Positions 11,671 through 28,709 of a stretch of DNA of 64,000 nt are shown one piece after another (position 1 is the stretch's first letter; the number at the start of each line of letters is the position of its first letter). The notes below the pieces were generated by a model. It had not been told where the DNA came from, made no database searches, and saw only the letters and a list, made by a program, of their open reading frames with translations. Origin of the DNA: the human T2T-CHM13v2.0 reference genome, Homo sapiens. The stretch lies in NCBI RefSeq assembly GCF_009914755.1, contig NC_060927.1, one strand, 5' to 3'. The position numbers and the translations under genes are program-made.

Positions 11671-11878
11671 GCTAACCCATCTTCTTGTTTTTGTGTCTTT
11701 AACTAGGACTTCTATTTGGAACTGAGTCCGACAGCTCAGGACTGGCTGCTCAAACTCCACAATTTAATGAAAAATCTCAGATGATGACTCAGAAAACCTC
11801 TAATGATCTGAGGAATATATTAAGGGATTCCAGAGTCAAAGGCTGATCATGGAGGGCATTGATGAGGGAAGACTTCAG
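11300..11878 (+). ncRNA. Possible first exon(s) of a divergent lncRNA (PAQR9 antisense/divergent transcript)
   Basis: Plus-strand donors CAG|GTGCGT (after 11572) and CAG|GTAGGA (after 11878) at the island edge; a lncRNA is recalled at this locus, but its exon structure cannot be proven from sequence. Confidence 0.3.
11469..11509. repeat. (TG)n microsatellite
   Basis: Seen directly, one interruption. Confidence 0.95.
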
Positions 11879-12088
11879 GTAGGAGGTGCATTCTAGCAGG
11901 AACTGAAGAGAATGAAGTCCAGTTGGTAGAAACGGAGGGGGTGGCTTGGATAAATCTTATATGTAATTAATCAGAAGTACCTGGCAGGTGGCTGGAGACC
12001 AGAAGAAAGGAACACTGGAAGAATGAAAACGGTTGTGATGCACTGCAGTGTGAAAATATGCCCTTGAGCCTTAAAGAAAGGGGCTTAA

Positions 12089-12414
<326 letters not shown>

Positions 12415-14164
12415 CTAAGTAGGTTAAGGAAGATTTACTTAGTAGAGCCTCAAGATGGATTTAAGTTATGGATAAGAATTATTTATAACTAGGATATCAT
12501 TCAGTATTATAAGTGTCTGCAGTTACTTAAGGATGCTAGAAACAGTCTAGAAGTTTCAGTCTTCTCTCTGAAGTATACTTTCAAGTAGTAACTGATTTAG
12601 CAAGCTCTTACACAATTAGATCAAACGTGCGCTTCAGTCTTCTGCCTTTCTGCACTGCCACACATTCCTGTCTAGTGGATTTTTTTTTTTAGGCGTGGAT
12701 TTTTAAGAAGTGAGATTTTGTTGTAGTTATTTAGCCAGTGTCTTATTTTAGTGTTTTCTGGTTTTCCACTGTTTGTAGCTTGTTTTAAATTGAAATCTAA
12801 TTTCCTTTTATATCTGGACTGAGGACCCATGGCTATTTGTAAAATGGATTAAATTTAGGTGTTTTAATCAAGTGTAGGAATGATAAACTTGAATCCAGGG
12901 CAGGCCCGAACTTTTTTTTTTTTCATATTCCCTTTGTTACTCCACAAACAACCAGAGCTGTCACGTGTAAAAATGGTGATCCTATAATAATTCTTATATT
13001 TACCACACTCTTAGTTGCATAATCAGCTCGCTTACATAATCTAGAAAAATATAATAGAAAGTTCACTTCAAGCAAAACAATGGAATTGACTGTAAATGGG
13101 TATGCAAAAACTTGAGTTAGATAAAATATCTTTATGACAAAGAATGGTGAGATTGACTCTAATAAAATATGTTCTTTTAAAAAATCAGTATTTTATAAAG
13201 TAAAAAAAAAATGTTTCATGTTAAGTCTTTGAAAAAGTCTTTGTGATATCTGCCTTTGTCCTTTCTCACACATCCCCTACCCTGCTTGAGGCACAAAACC
13301 AGTTGATGCCATGGAGTGAGTGGTGTTCATGAAAGTTCACTGGTGCAGAGCCCAGTCAGCTGTCCTTGCTATACCTTGACAAAGCTCAGTAAAAAGGAAC
13401 TAAGGAAACAGCAAAACTGACCTAACTTATAAAGTAAAACAGCAATATGGCTTTTCCTTAATTGCTACCAATCTATAGAATTAATTTCTCTTACTTTTTA
13501 AATTGAGATATAAAAATGTGGCCCCCAAATCCTGCACAGGCTGAGTTTTGTAGTTTGTTTTAACTCCAGCAAACTGTCTCTTGTCAGTGGGAACCATGCT
13601 CACATCCTCTGGACTTGGCTAAACAGAAGCAATGAGCAGGGTGCCATTCCCTGAAGGTGCATTGGGACATAAGGCATCTCTAAGGTAACCAGGACTGACT
13701 GCAAAGTTTTTGACAGACAAGAATCACCAAGTTACACTGGAAAGCCACTGCTGGCATTTAGAGGCAAATGCCAGCTAGTTCTATCAATTAAAGTTAAATC
13801 AAGACCACAAATGTGGTGTTGGTAGTTCAGTGGAGGCTCTGTACATCCAGGTGTTGAGGGGTCCTGGCTGCAAAATGCAGTCATGTGTCATGTGTTGAAA
13901 CTGTAGCAAAAGGGATGAATGCTCTTTTCAGTCTGGTTTGCTTTGGTAATGTTCTTGTAGACCAACTACACGTTTTTGTTTCTTTCTACAGGAATAATAT
14001 TAAGTATATGTAAAAATGCCACTGCAAATTTGATGTTGTTTAGTAAGGGCAGTTAGCTATCTGTAAAACCAGCAGAAAAATATGCTGTGTTATTGGCTAA
14101 TAATATACCTATTTTTAGAGGAAATAATTTTTTCTTGTCTAATTTTTAGCCAGAAAACAACCAA

Positions 14165-14315
14165 CTAAAGAAAGAAATAAAAAGAAAAGAAGAAAGGAAA
14201 GAAAGGAGAGAAAGAAAAGGAAAGAAGGAGAGAGAGAAGGAAGGAAGGAGAGAGAGAGAAAGGAAAGAAAAAAGAAGGAAAGAAGGAAGGGAAGGAAGGA
14301 AAGGAAGAAAGAAAA
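14165..14315. repeat. Polypurine GA-rich low-complexity tract
   Basis: (GAAA)/(GGAA)/(GA) mosaic almost free of pyrimidines. Confidence 0.95.
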
Positions 14316-14413
14316 GCACAGCACTATGGACCTAGTGCTTAATTGTACCCAAGACTCTGTATTAAGAGAGAACTCTGTAGGGTTCAGTCCCTCTTCTCAG
14401 AATATATAGTTTA

Positions 14414-14695
14414 GGCTGGGCACGATGGCTCACGCCTGTAATCCCAGCATTTTGGGAGGCCAAGGCAGGTGGATCACTTGAGGTCAGCAGTACGGGACCA
14501 GCCTGGCCAACATGGCGAAACCCTGTCTCCACTAAAAATACAAAAATTAGCCAGGCATGGTGGTGCATACCTGTAGTCCCAGCTATTTGGGAGGCTAAGG
14601 CAGGAGAATCACTTGAACGTTGGAGGCAGGGGCTGCAGTGAGCTGTGATTGTGCCAGTGCACTTCAGCCTGGGCAACAGAGCAAGACTCTGTCTC

Positions 14696-14744
<49 letters not shown>
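14414..14744 (+). mobile_element. AluS with A tail and (TA)n expansion
   Basis: Full dimeric Alu; TSD ATATATAGTTTA on both sides. Confidence 0.95.
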
Positions 14745-14747
<3 letters not shown>

Positions 14748-14977
14748 TAAACAAAGTGCTTCCCTTTTCCCTAAATGGAAAACAGCCATGATCTGACAGG
14801 TCAAATATAGTCACTACCAAGTCATATAGTCTAAGCTTCCTAATTGTGGAAAATCTAATGGTATCAGGTGTAACTGTAGCAACCTCTAGTGACAAGTGCA
14901 ATCAGAAAGCCAGGTAGAGGGCTGGGAGAGAGCAGTGGGAGACTGAGTTATCTGGCACTGTTCCTGCCTGCTACTGA

Positions 14978-15329
<352 letters not shown>

Positions 15330-16329
15330 CTAAGGGAAACTTGAGGATGCTTTTTGTTTTGGGGGTGGGGGGTTTTTTTTTTTTGGTTTTCTAAGGCTTT
15401 ATGAAGGGAGTGACAATGCTACACTCCCCTCCCTCAGCAAATTCACCTATTTTCTTCCTGGGGTCTCTAGAGTGGTTTCACAAGACTAATGAAGGGGAAG
15501 AATAAAATATTACTTCTGCTTAAATAGATGTCATCCTTTTCCATGCACATGCTCTGTGAAGGTTTTATGATGCACTAATATGTAGTCTATGAAGATAATG
15601 TATAAATAATATGTTGGGACACGAGGGTGAACCAAAACACTTCACCTGATAAGAATGTGCGACCCAAACTGCTGACCTACTCTCGATAGTCCATTGCTCT
15701 TGTTTGTCCAGCCTGCTTCCATCCCCTCTCCCAGATCCAAGATGGATGCCATTTCCTGCCACTCAGATGGCTGGAAAGGCTGTTTGGGGTCACCATCTGT
15801 AAGCCAACAGTCCCCAACCTCTGACCAGACCTGCCCAAGTGCCCAGGCCTTCAGCCCCTTCTACAGCTTCCTTGACCTAGGATGGTGGTCTCTGCTCTGG
15901 AGCTGTTTTTCCCAGGTCTGCCCTTCCTGTTTCCTGATTGGAGCCTATATTGTTTTCCTACAAAGGCCTTGTATTAACTTACTATATTGAATGTAATTCA
16001 GAGTTACCTTTTGGGGAGGAGACTTGTTTTATCATAGGCTGTTGCTTGCTTTTGATAGAGCCTTTTGGATAGCTTCCATTTAACTTGAGAAACACTTAAT
16101 ACAAGTGTGTGAGCTAGATTACTGAGTTTCTTCTCCCCATTATTTATCAACAGTTCTCCTTGAAACAAAGATCTTTGCACATAGTAAGCACTTAACACAT
16201 TGTGGCTGGGAAATTTTTTCAGTACCGTAAGCTTTTAAAAGGTTAGAACTTAGAGTCCTAGAATCTTAGAGTAGGACTGCCACTTAATCCTTAAAGTCAT
16301 CTAGTCCAACTCTCTTCCCATTCGTTATA

Positions 16330-16545
16330 ATTGCTTTGGTTTATTGATAATGTACTATATTCAGGTATTGTGATAGGCGTTTTACATATACTTAATTCTT
16401 AGAACATTCTTTGAAAGGTGAATGCACTAATCCCATTTTCAGACAAAAAACACAGAGGCTTCAAGAAGTTAAGCAGCTTGGGTGGCAGAACTGTAGTCAA
16501 ACTTTATTCATTCCAAACCCCTTACCCTTTTCTTTATAGGATGCT
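16330..16545 (-). mobile_element. MIR SINE
   Basis: Core CCCATTTTCAGACAAAAAACACAGAGGCTTCAAGAAGTTAAG. Confidence 0.7.
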
Positions 16546-17650
16546 GCCTCCTGAGAAGCTGTTGTGTAGCGAGCCTTGACCATCTCAAGGAAAGAGACTT
16601 ACTGTCTTACACAGCTTCCCCTTCTATCTTAAGATGTTGTCATTGTTGTTAGAAAACTTTGTAAATAATTAAATGAACATAACTGATAAGAAAAACACCC
16701 TGTTGCATCTTGGCCCAAAGCACAGCCATAAGTGTTATTGAGTTGAACCAATAATATCTGGTTAGAAAGTCCCCAGAAATAATGATGCCAAATTAGGCAT
16801 GTGTACAGTATATGTGGAATGTGATGGCTGGACATTGATTAGGCACATTTATTAAAAGAACATCTTCCTCCAAACAAATAACAGCTGTGAATCCCCAGGG
16901 GGTTGCCATACCCTAGATCACTGCAAAGAGGCAAATAGAAGATTCTGTGATTTCCTAGATGATCTTTGCACTTAGCACAATGATATTGATTATAGTAATT
17001 GATTAATACACAAAAGAAAACATTCTGCTATGATATCATTGCCTACTTAACATCAAGGAGAAGGCATCTCAGTCACTGGGCTCTGTTTGGCTCTTAGTTA
17101 AAGTCGCTGCTCGTTCCCTTAAGTTTTTTAATATAATGATTTTCCTTTTCATTGAGATTCAATATCTGTCTGTTGAAAATATTTATGAACTTGATTATCT
17201 AGGTGCCAATCACTAAACTAATTGAACGGTATCATATCCTATATATATATAGATTTTTAAAGAGTATGTTTCAGTAACCTTACATCATATGCCCCTTTCA
17301 TGTGAAAACCACTAGACTTTGGGGTTGCCGATGAGCCTCCTCAGTGCACTTGTCATTTCTGCTCAGTTAACAAGGAACATTTTTTTCTAGGAACATATTT
17401 ACTCTCATGGGCACCCACTGGCGTGGCATGAGTCCTTTGTACCTTGTGTTCTGAGAATTCCGTGGTCTAAATGCATTAATATTGTTTCATTCTTGGTCCC
17501 TGCCTTGCTCCTCCAACCTCCCTCCCTCTCCGCACCAATGTCAACTCTAGATGCCCCATTCTCATACACACTTAACTCCCTGTCTGGAGACAGTACTGGG
17601 TAGGAATTAGTGAGTAACTCTATAGGGAGCATTCAGAAGACAGTCTCCAG

Positions 17651-17829
17651 GTTTTTTTGGTTTTGTTTTGTTTTGTTTTGTTTTTTGTTTTAGACGGAGT
17701 CTCACTTTGTCACTCAGGCTGGAATGCAGTGGCTCACTGCAACCTCTGCCTCCCATGCTCAAGCAATTCTCCTGCCTCAGCCTTCCCAGTAGCTGGGGAT
17801 CACAGGCGCCCACCATAAGCAACCCAGCT
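17651..17829 (-). mobile_element. Partial Alu (right arm) with (TTTTG)n tail
   Basis: Alu right-arm consensus with an internal deletion. Confidence 0.9.
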
Positions 17830-18691
17830 TTCTATTTAACAAGCAATAGTAAACACCAATTATGTCCAAAGCTGATACTAGAAGCTCAGGGCGTGGAAGA
17901 GCAGAGAAGTGAATTGGAGCGTAACAAAGTTAAGTCAGACTCGCCCCTGTTCTCAGTTGCAGGGAAATGGATCCACAATGTTTAAATGCAACCATTTTGT
18001 GATTTTTTTAATTTGGTGCAGCCATTTTGAAACTAGGAACATTTTAATGCTGCACTAAACACCATTAAGCTTATGATGTTTTTATTTTTAGGTAATGTGC
18101 TAGACAGACGCTTGCACCCCATCCCTGACCTTAGCCCCACAGGGGTCCGGGCTGGGGTGAGGGTAAAGCACCCTCTGGCAAGCAAACCATGTAGAACTAA
18201 GAGTCACGAGTCAACCACACTTCTTCATCTCTTGGAGAACCATCAGTCCTGGATAATTTGTTTGTCTGTCCCTTGGCTTGCCTCTCACATTCTCTGATTT
18301 CTCCTTTACGGTAACAATGCCTATGCTCACTTACTTGTAATTAACACATAGGTTTGGCTGCTGGAGAATGGAATGGCCACTCTTGCATTTTGGAGGCTTC
18401 CTGATTATACCAACCTTGTTTAATGGGGTGTATGTGGGTAGGGAAGGAAAATGGGAATGGAACAACTCTGTGGGCTACAATTCCATTCCATATTCCCAGC
18501 TCCAGAGTGCAATGGAAATCTTCATTTAACATTTCTAACAGGTGCCTCAGCAGTGTACATACCTTATATCTATTGTCTTCAAACTCTTTTATAATAACCA
18601 CTTAGAGGGACACAAGCTAACCCAGGTCTGACAGATGTAAACACAACACCACACAATACTTTTTTTCCACAAATTATCAAAACAATTTTCG

Positions 18692-18997
18692 GGCTGGGTG
18701 TGGTGGCCCACGCCTGTAATCCCAACACTTTAGGAGGCTGAAGTGGGAACATAGCAAGCCTGAGCAACATAGTTGTAGATGACCCCATGTCCAGAAAAAA
18801 ATGTAAAAGCCAGGTGTGGTGGCACACATCTGTAGTCCCAGCTGTACAGGAGGCTGAGGTGGGAGGATCACTGGAGCCTGGAGGTCAAGGCTGCAGCAAG
18901 TCATGATTGCTCCAGAGGCTGCAGTGAGCCACGATTGCACCACTGCACTCCAGCCTGAGCAATGGAGTGAGACCCTGTCTCACAAAAAGAAAAAAAA
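18692..18997 (+). mobile_element. AluJ-like element with an internal deletion and a 28-bp duplication
   Basis: Alu consensus; GGAGGATCACT/GAGGTCAAGGCTGCAG J-type diagnostics. Confidence 0.9.
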
Positions 18998-19869
18998 TTC
19001 AAATATCAAGCAATTGAACAATTACTTTCAGAGTAATTGTCAGCAGTAGATTTATAAAGCATTTTAAACAATTCATAAAGTAGAAAATGAAAGTCTCTTA
19101 TAAAGAAAGGGATTAGGAATGGAGAAGGGGTGAGGAAAATCTGTTTTACTTGCGATTTTTTTGTTATTTAAAAAATACCTGTGTTTTTACACACATGCTG
19201 GGCTCTTTTGACTTAGCTGCACAGAATGCCTGCCTCAGGAGAGACTAGCATGGGTACAAATACTGTAAAGGAAGGGATACAAAGGGGAAGGAGGAGAAAA
19301 TTTATGTATGAGACAGGCATGGAAATAGCCAGTCGTAAGTTTCCAAATTGGAATGTTGTCGTCGTTAGGGCTGATGTGGTTTTAAAATTCTACTTCAGCC
19401 TCATAGTTGATGGCAGAGAACTGTCCTCCTAATGGGGGATGGAGGGAGAGCCCAGCGAAGGAGCTGCCTTTGAATTCTGTCCTGCATGACTGGAAGTGGT
19501 TAGTTCAGATAAGAAAAGGCTTTTTAAAGACTGAGATTGCTAATTACCACTCTCCCTCATTCTATCCTCTCTCCTCTCCACCAGCCTTTCTGCTGCTCCT
19601 CTTACTCCCAAGCATGTGCCACTAGGAGAGGCTTCCTGTGGCTGTGCACAGGCTGTCCCCTGTACAGCGGCCCAGCTGAGGGGGCAGAGTGAGGCTGATA
19701 GGCAAACCACGCTCTGCCGGCCACACTCTAAGCCCAGGCCTTGGGCTGTCTGCTCAGAAGAAGGGGTGCCTTTTCTTGATTCACTGGTGGGCTGACAGCT
19801 GCCCCAGGGCCCTTGCACTTGCTGTTTCTCTCTGCCTGCTTCTGCCTTGGAGGCTTTCCTCCCAGACCT

Positions 19870-20175
19870 TCCCCTTCATTCAGTTCTCTGCTCAGTCTCT
19901 ACACCTCTCAGAAAGCTTTGCTGCCCACTGTGTCCTAAACTGATAGCCCCCTCACCTTGCCTCACTCTCTGCCTCCACACCCTGCTTGATTTTCTTCATA
20001 TTTTCATGATCTGAGTTTGTGTAATATGTGCTGTAATATACAGCTACTCATTTCTTTCTTTCCTTCGGAAATATATGTTCTATGAGGGCAAGGCCTTTGC
20101 TTGCTGCTCCATCTTCAGCATGTAGCAGAGTGCCTGGCACATAGTAGGCACTTAGTAAACATCTGTGGAATTATT
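19870..20175 (+). mobile_element. L2 3' end remnant
   Basis: Ends with AGAGTGCCTGGCACATAGTAGGCACTTAGTAAAC, the L2 terminus motif. Confidence 0.7.
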
Positions 20176-22059
20176 AAAAGATCCCCCTCACTGCAAGCTT
20201 TCTAAGCCCAGAGTTAGGCTCAGCTCACACTATGTGTATTGACCCTGCTGGCAGAATCTTCTCTAATTAACTGATCTCCACAACCCAGAAATGCTAAAAC
20301 AAAAATAGAAAACACAAAAGCTGTTGGCTGTGAACCTCGGCGACTAGGGCAGTGGTTTCTGCACTTCAGAAACAATCACTTGGGTGGGGACCTTACAAAC
20401 AAAACAAAAATCACGTGTGCTGCATCCCCCATCCCCACTCCTCTGAGTCTCTGGAATGAGGCATGTTGATTTGCTGGACTAGTAATTTATCCAGAAAGAA
20501 ACAACATATAACATGGGCTATTATGATAGAAAAGAGTTTCAGTGCTTTGATTTGAATTTTAAAGGTCAATTCTAACAAAGTAGTTTGTATCAAAAAGAAT
20601 TCCTCAAATCTCTTCTATTAATAGCATCAGTTAGCACCCCTGCAGCTCAGCAGAGTCTGTTTAGGATTCTGTCTCACCATGTTTTCGCCTTAACTGAAAT
20701 AGAAGCAAATGTCAGTGCAGATATAGGGCCATACAGGTATCAAACATTTACATTCTTTGCCTGTGGCCTGAACTTTTGGAACTTAACAGATCCTTCTCCT
20801 GAAAGCCTTCTTTTAAAATGCTTAGCGTTTTGGGAAAAAAAAAGCCATCAGAGCTTTTAAGAGCACTGCACACTAATTTTCGACCCACTGGTGAGAGTGC
20901 AGCTGCAGAGAGAAACTCTAGTTTACAGAGGCCCATGCCTACTCCTGGCACTAACGCTTGGGATGGCCCGTCTCACCGGCACACACATAGTCCCATGGCT
21001 GGCCCTGTTTGGGAAGAAGAACAGAGAGAGCAGCCAAGCCTCGGGGCTGCGCCAGGTTTGTTGCAGGCCTTCTCTACATGCCCTCCCTTGAACCTGGCAG
21101 CTCCTGGAGGTGCCAAGTGACCTGACAGTCTCCCAGGGAGTGTGGAGTCTAGCCCAGTGCTGGCTGCAGACACTCAGGAAGGAAAAGAGCTCTGGGAAGT
21201 GTGGGTACATGAGAGGTGGAGGAAGACTGGAGTTCAGCATCAATAACCAATGGGTGGAAGTTGAACTTCAAATGGCATCCCGCTTGATTGAGGTTGGATT
21301 TCATTTTACCTGATGTGCTCAATAAGACACTTAGGAAAGTATAGTCTTGTATTTTTAAGAGAGGTGGTTAGATATCTGTGTATGATGACACAGGAAGATT
21401 GCACCTAGTGGTAGTTCCTGGGGAAAGAACAATTTATGCCTTATTGCCTCACCTTTTCAGGGGGCTTTTATTGCAAATGTAATGCTTCCTCTCATTTGCA
21501 TTCAGTGTATTTTCTTTTGGTGCAAAAACTACGTCTGGATGTATTTCATCCTTCCATCCCTTTCCACAAATTCAGAGCTCCCCTAACCCTGTCCCAGGAG
21601 GACCTCCTTACTGCTAATCCTGTGCCCATGGTGAGAGCCAGTAACATTCCCACACTTTCTGCACATCATGTGGAAAAGTATATTACAGAGCTTGAAATTG
21701 CTACCTGAGAGCTGTATACATCAGAAAGGATTTTCTTTCCATGTGTGTAAGGAGTCCTGTGCTTGTTTCTTCATGTGACAGCTGGGGAAGAATTGACTAT
21801 GGTGGCCACCCTTGATACTTTCTCCTCTTCTCCCCTTGAATGGATAATTGCCTAGAATTGTGCCATACGGGGATCTGTGACAGCCTAGCAGTGGTCCCTG
21901 GGGTAAAATGGGAAAGGAGGGCCTTTGGGGGCCCTTTTGCCCATTTCCTCAGCCCAGAGAATGGAAGAGTCTTGCTCAAGGTCACACAGCTAGGCTTCTG
22001 ACTCCCAGCCCAGTGATTTCCCTGAGGCTTCCCAGGGTGCACAGTGAGAGGTGGTTGAA

Positions 22060-22530
<471 letters not shown>

Positions 22531-23142
22531 GTGCCAAAGAATAGGTGTCAATAAAAGCCATTTCTATGCTGCCTTTACTCAATGATATCCAGCCAGGATA
22601 TCATAAAACACTGGCTTTAACAGGGTACAACTTGCAATGGTGTTTATTTTTTAATAGGGATCCTTGAAAACGAAAAGCCATTGAGATTTAAAAGGATGAA
22701 TTTTAGTAATGGGGTGGATACCTGGGTATAATCCAGTTACAGCTCCACCTGAAGGTGCTGGGAGGAACTCCTGTGGCAGAACACAAAAGAGACACCTTGG
22801 TAGTGTTGCAGGCAAGGAGTCAGCCTCAGGTGTGGAGGGTGGCCATATCTAATGGGAAACACAGAGTGCATAGCAACCAGAAAGCCAAAGTTGAGATGCA
22901 TGCTTGGTCTCAATAAATGACATCAGGGTGGTCTATGAGGAGGTGATGGGGCCTCAGAACCTGATCTCATATTCAGGACCTGGAGAAGCTGGAGCAGAGG
23001 ACAGACAGACAAATTCCAACATACAGTCCACTGCTTCCGTGCTGCCCTTTTAAGTCTAGCAAGAATACCTTTTGTATGTTGAAATGTCAGTTGCTGTTTC
23101 TTATTTTCATAAGAGGGGTTTTTTTTTAATAAAGTATTTTTT

Positions 23143-23436
23143 ACCAGGCACAGTGACTCATGCCTGTTATCCCAGTACTTTGGGAGGCCGAGGCAGGCGG
23201 ATCACTTGAGGTGAGGAGTTCCAGACCAACCTGGCCAACTTGCTGAAATCTCATCTCTACCTAAAATAGAAAAATTAGCCAGGTGTGGTGGTGTGCACCT
23301 GTAATCCTAGCTACTTAGGAGGCTGAGGCATGAGACTCGCTTGAATGCAGGAGGTGGAGGTTGCAGTGAGCCGAGATCGTGCTGCTGCACTCCAGACTGG
23401 GTGACAGAGGGAGACTCTGTCTCAAAAAAAAAAAAA
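23143..23436 (+). mobile_element. AluS
   Basis: Full dimeric Alu with A tail. Confidence 0.95.
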
Positions 23437-24364
23437 GAATTTTTAGGGGAAAAAAGCTAATAAACTCTAAGCCCATTGACAATATTCTAAATTCTCTTCC
23501 AATTATTCTTAACATACCTACAGATGTTTCATGTAATTGTAATCCATGTGTGAATTCCATCTTATGTTCTGTTTTAAATATAGATATTTCCATGAAATAC
23601 CATTGTATACATCCTTTACATTTTTAATACCTTTAGGATGTTTAATACAGATCACATTATAGTTCTCCATTGGAAGTATTTGGGATACTAAGAATTTATC
23701 ATGATGACCAATTACATTATTATGAAAATATCTTTGGATTTTTTTTTCTTTCAGGTTGTTTCCTTGACATAAATTCTCCCAAATAGAATTATGAAATCAA
23801 ATATATGGACAGTTTGGTGGCTCCTGTTATAATTAACAAATTCCTTTTTGGAAAAAAAAAAAAGACAGATGTTTCTCCTTACTGCACTATCAACTCAAAG
23901 CCAGAGTAGGTCTTATACTCCCTGTTCCAGAGAGATTCATCAGATATGCATGGGCCTCTGCCCTGGACCCTGAATACACACACTATCTGTGTGCGTCAAG
24001 GTTATAGCAAGGCCTGCCTTGAGGCAGAGGCAAGCATCCGTGCTGGGCAAGCTGACTCATGCTGGCCTCAGCCCAAGGCTGACCTCAGCCCCAGAGAGGA
24101 AATGCTCCTTCTCTTTCTGCTTGGAGAACGTGTGCCCTGTATAGTAGTAGAGGGGAGTGGATGTAGAATTGGGCTGGAAAAGGAATTTCCTTTGTGTAGC
24201 ATTAGCAATTACTGAATATACCGTTAGTTTTTTTATGATAAAAGACTCTATTTGTTCAGATGTACAGATAATCAGATTTGGAGATAACCAATTGTGCTCT
24301 ATTTTGTCATTCCAAAGGAAATCAAATGAGTCAGTCACAATTTTTGTGCAGCACTAACCTCATC

Positions 24365-24495
24365 CCGCTAGTTTATAAGTTCCATGAGGGCAGGGACCTG
24401 TCCTGGTTGCGCTACCATTCTATCCCCAGCACCTGGTACAGTGCCTGGTGTGTGTGCAATACGTATTTGTTAAATTAATAAATGAATGAATGCAT
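24365..24495 (+). mobile_element. L2 3' end
   Basis: AAGTTCCATGAGGGCAGGGACC...CAGTGCCTGG...(TGAA)n terminus. Confidence 0.75.
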
Positions 24496-24934
24496 TCCTA
24501 GAAACAGGAAACTTCAATAAATGAAACAACCTAGTTCTTTCTCTCCAGGGGACTTTCAATCCAAGCTATACGTACAGCTGTTTAAAACATAGTTAACAGT
24601 GACAACCCAACTTTTAAGTGAACATCAGCCACCTGAACAAAATTAAGTCCATGAATTCTCTTTTGAAATTAAACTTAATCAGTATTTTCTGGGAAATTAC
24701 AGGATTGTTTTTTGAATTCAGCTGGTGCACTTGTCCCAGCTGAAGGAATGGAGACCTGATGAGTCAGTGATGAATCCAGGGCTCTATCTCCAAATGGTCA
24801 TCCATGAATTAATCATTAGACAGCAGGCAGTGCTCCACCCATGTTAACTTTCCGTTTTCAAGATTATGTTTCACATAACAATGAAAATAATTTTTCTTCT
24901 AAAAATTCTCTTAAAATATGAAACTGTTGTATGA

Positions 24935-26430
<1,496 letters not shown>

Positions 26431-26432
26431 AT

Positions 26433-26842
26433 TGATGTAGTTTGGATATTCATTCCCATATTTGATCCCAATATTGGAGATGAGGCCTACTGGGAGATGT
26501 TTTGGGTCACAGGGGCAGATCCCTCATGAATGGTTTGGTGCTGTCTTCACAGTAATGAGTGAGTTCTTGCTCTGTTATTTCCTGTAAGAAATGATTGTTA
26601 GAAAGAAGCTGGCACCTACCCCCTTCTCTCTTGCTTTCTGTCTCGCCATGTGATATCTGCACATATTGGCTCCCCTTCACTTGCCACCATGAGCGAAAGC
26701 TTCCTGAAGCCCTTGCCAGAAGTAGATGCTGGTGCCATCCTTCTTGTACAGCCTGCAGAACTGTGAGCCAAATAAATCTCTTTTCTTTATGGATTACCAA
26801 GCCTCAGGTATTCCTTTATAGCAACACAAATGGACTAAGACA
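26433..26842 (+). mobile_element. MaLR solo LTR (MSTB-like)
   Basis: TG...CA termini, GGGGCAGATCCCTCATGAATGG, AATAAA at ~26771, near-identical 5-bp TSD ATAAT/ATCAT. Confidence 0.88.
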
Positions 26843-27322
26843 ATCATGAAGTTTGTGTTTCAATTAAGTGGAAAAGGATGTTTATTAAATGCTGTTGGCA
26901 TAATTAGCTGTTTGTATGAATAGTTAGAAGAGTAAGGTCCAGAGTGAGATTGCTTGGGCTCCCATCTCAGTTTTGTATCTTAGTAGCTTGAGAGTAGATG
27001 TATAATCTCAGTTTGGTGGAGACTTAGTCCACAGCAAGTGGACTAACAAACAGGCTTTCCTCAGCATTGCTGGTGAGAGTGTGACCTGCCACAATCCTTG
27101 GGAAAGTTAAATCAGTGGGTAAATCAATAAAATTAAACTTGCACCTTTCTTTTGACCCAGCAGTTCCACTTTTGAAAATCCAGAAATAAAAAATACCAAC
27201 AATTAAAGGGTAGATGCATAAAGAAATTTGTTGCAATATTTTTTGTTGTTGTTGCACCTTTTTTTTTTTTTTTTTGTAGACCACATGCTCAGGAAAAAAA
27301 CCCACAAAATAATCTGAAGGGG

Positions 27323-27512
<190 letters not shown>

Positions 27513-28344
27513 TAAATAAGGAAATGGATGAACAAGTTATGGAATATTATACAACTCTACTAAAGAATAAATTACGCATATATGTGTTGACCTTGAGTGA
27601 CAAAAACCAGTTCCAGAATAATGACATAACAGTTAACATTTATTGAGCAATTACACCATGCTAAGCCATTTAGATGTGATGTCCTTGTAAAACACTGTTG
27701 CAAGGGTTCTCTTTCAACCTTCTCTGCATCCTCCTCCTGGGTGTATCCTGGGCTTTGGCTTTTTCTGCTTTGTTTTATCTGTCTTCCAGAAATGTACTGT
27801 CCATTGGTTGCTTTCTCTTCTGTTCTCTTTGATGTTTTAAATTTATCCACCCCTACCACTTTTAAAGATATCAGAAATATCTACACAGTGATGGTGTCTG
27901 GAACAGCAGGGGGCAAATGTGTATGTTTGGTTCACTCTCTCGAGCCAGAAGGCTTTAATTTCATGTTGTTAAATAAGAAACAGGGAAAAAAACAGCCCTA
28001 CATATGCATGCATTGATTTATGTAGATTTGTATGAGGGAAGAGGAAGATATCAGAGTTAAACATGAGAGTTAACATTTGATTTGACATGTAGGAAACCTA
28101 TTGTCCTACAGTGGAAAGCCCTGATGATTTTGTAAATGACATTGTTTCACTTACAATTGTGGATAAAACCTGAATCAACAGGCACTCTGTCTTTTGTCAT
28201 CATACTACTTTGTCAGTTTTGAATTATATACTCACAAAGAAGGCAGGGTCCCATAACTACTAAAAACAAGTTATCTTAATTAAGGCATTCAAGCCAGATG
28301 AAGTCTTTTAATATCCCAATAGCTCAGACTAAATCATATTGTTT

Positions 28345-28709
28345 TAGGACTTGTCGGCTAGGGCTGCCATAACAAAGTACCATAGACTGCGTGGCTTAAA
28401 CAACTGGTATTTATTTTCTCACAGTTCTAGGGCGCAGAAGTCCCAGGTCAAGGTCTGGTAGGGTTGGTTTCCAAGGAGCCTTCTCTCCCTGGCTTGCAGA
28501 CAGCTGCCTTTTCACATGGCAGAGAGAGGGAGCTCTGGGATCTCTTCCTCATCTTATAAGGGCACCAGCTCTACTGCATCAGAGCCCTACTCATATGACC
28601 TCATTTAACCTTTATCACTTCCTCTCAAGCTCTATTTTCAAATACAGCCACATGGGGATTAGAGCTTCATCATAGGAATTTTGTGGGGGACATCATTCAG
28701 TCCATAGCA
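28345..28709 (-). mobile_element. MaLR solo LTR (MLT1A-like)
   Basis: GCTAGGGCTGCCATAACAAAGTACCATAGACTG...CATTCAGTCCATAGCA. Confidence 0.85.

Noticed and set aside
14362-14901. 179-aa ORF and the many similar ORFs (e.g. 22143, 37199, 50854, 55997, 56472)
   Set aside because: Translations of Alu sequence ([23 protein letters not shown])
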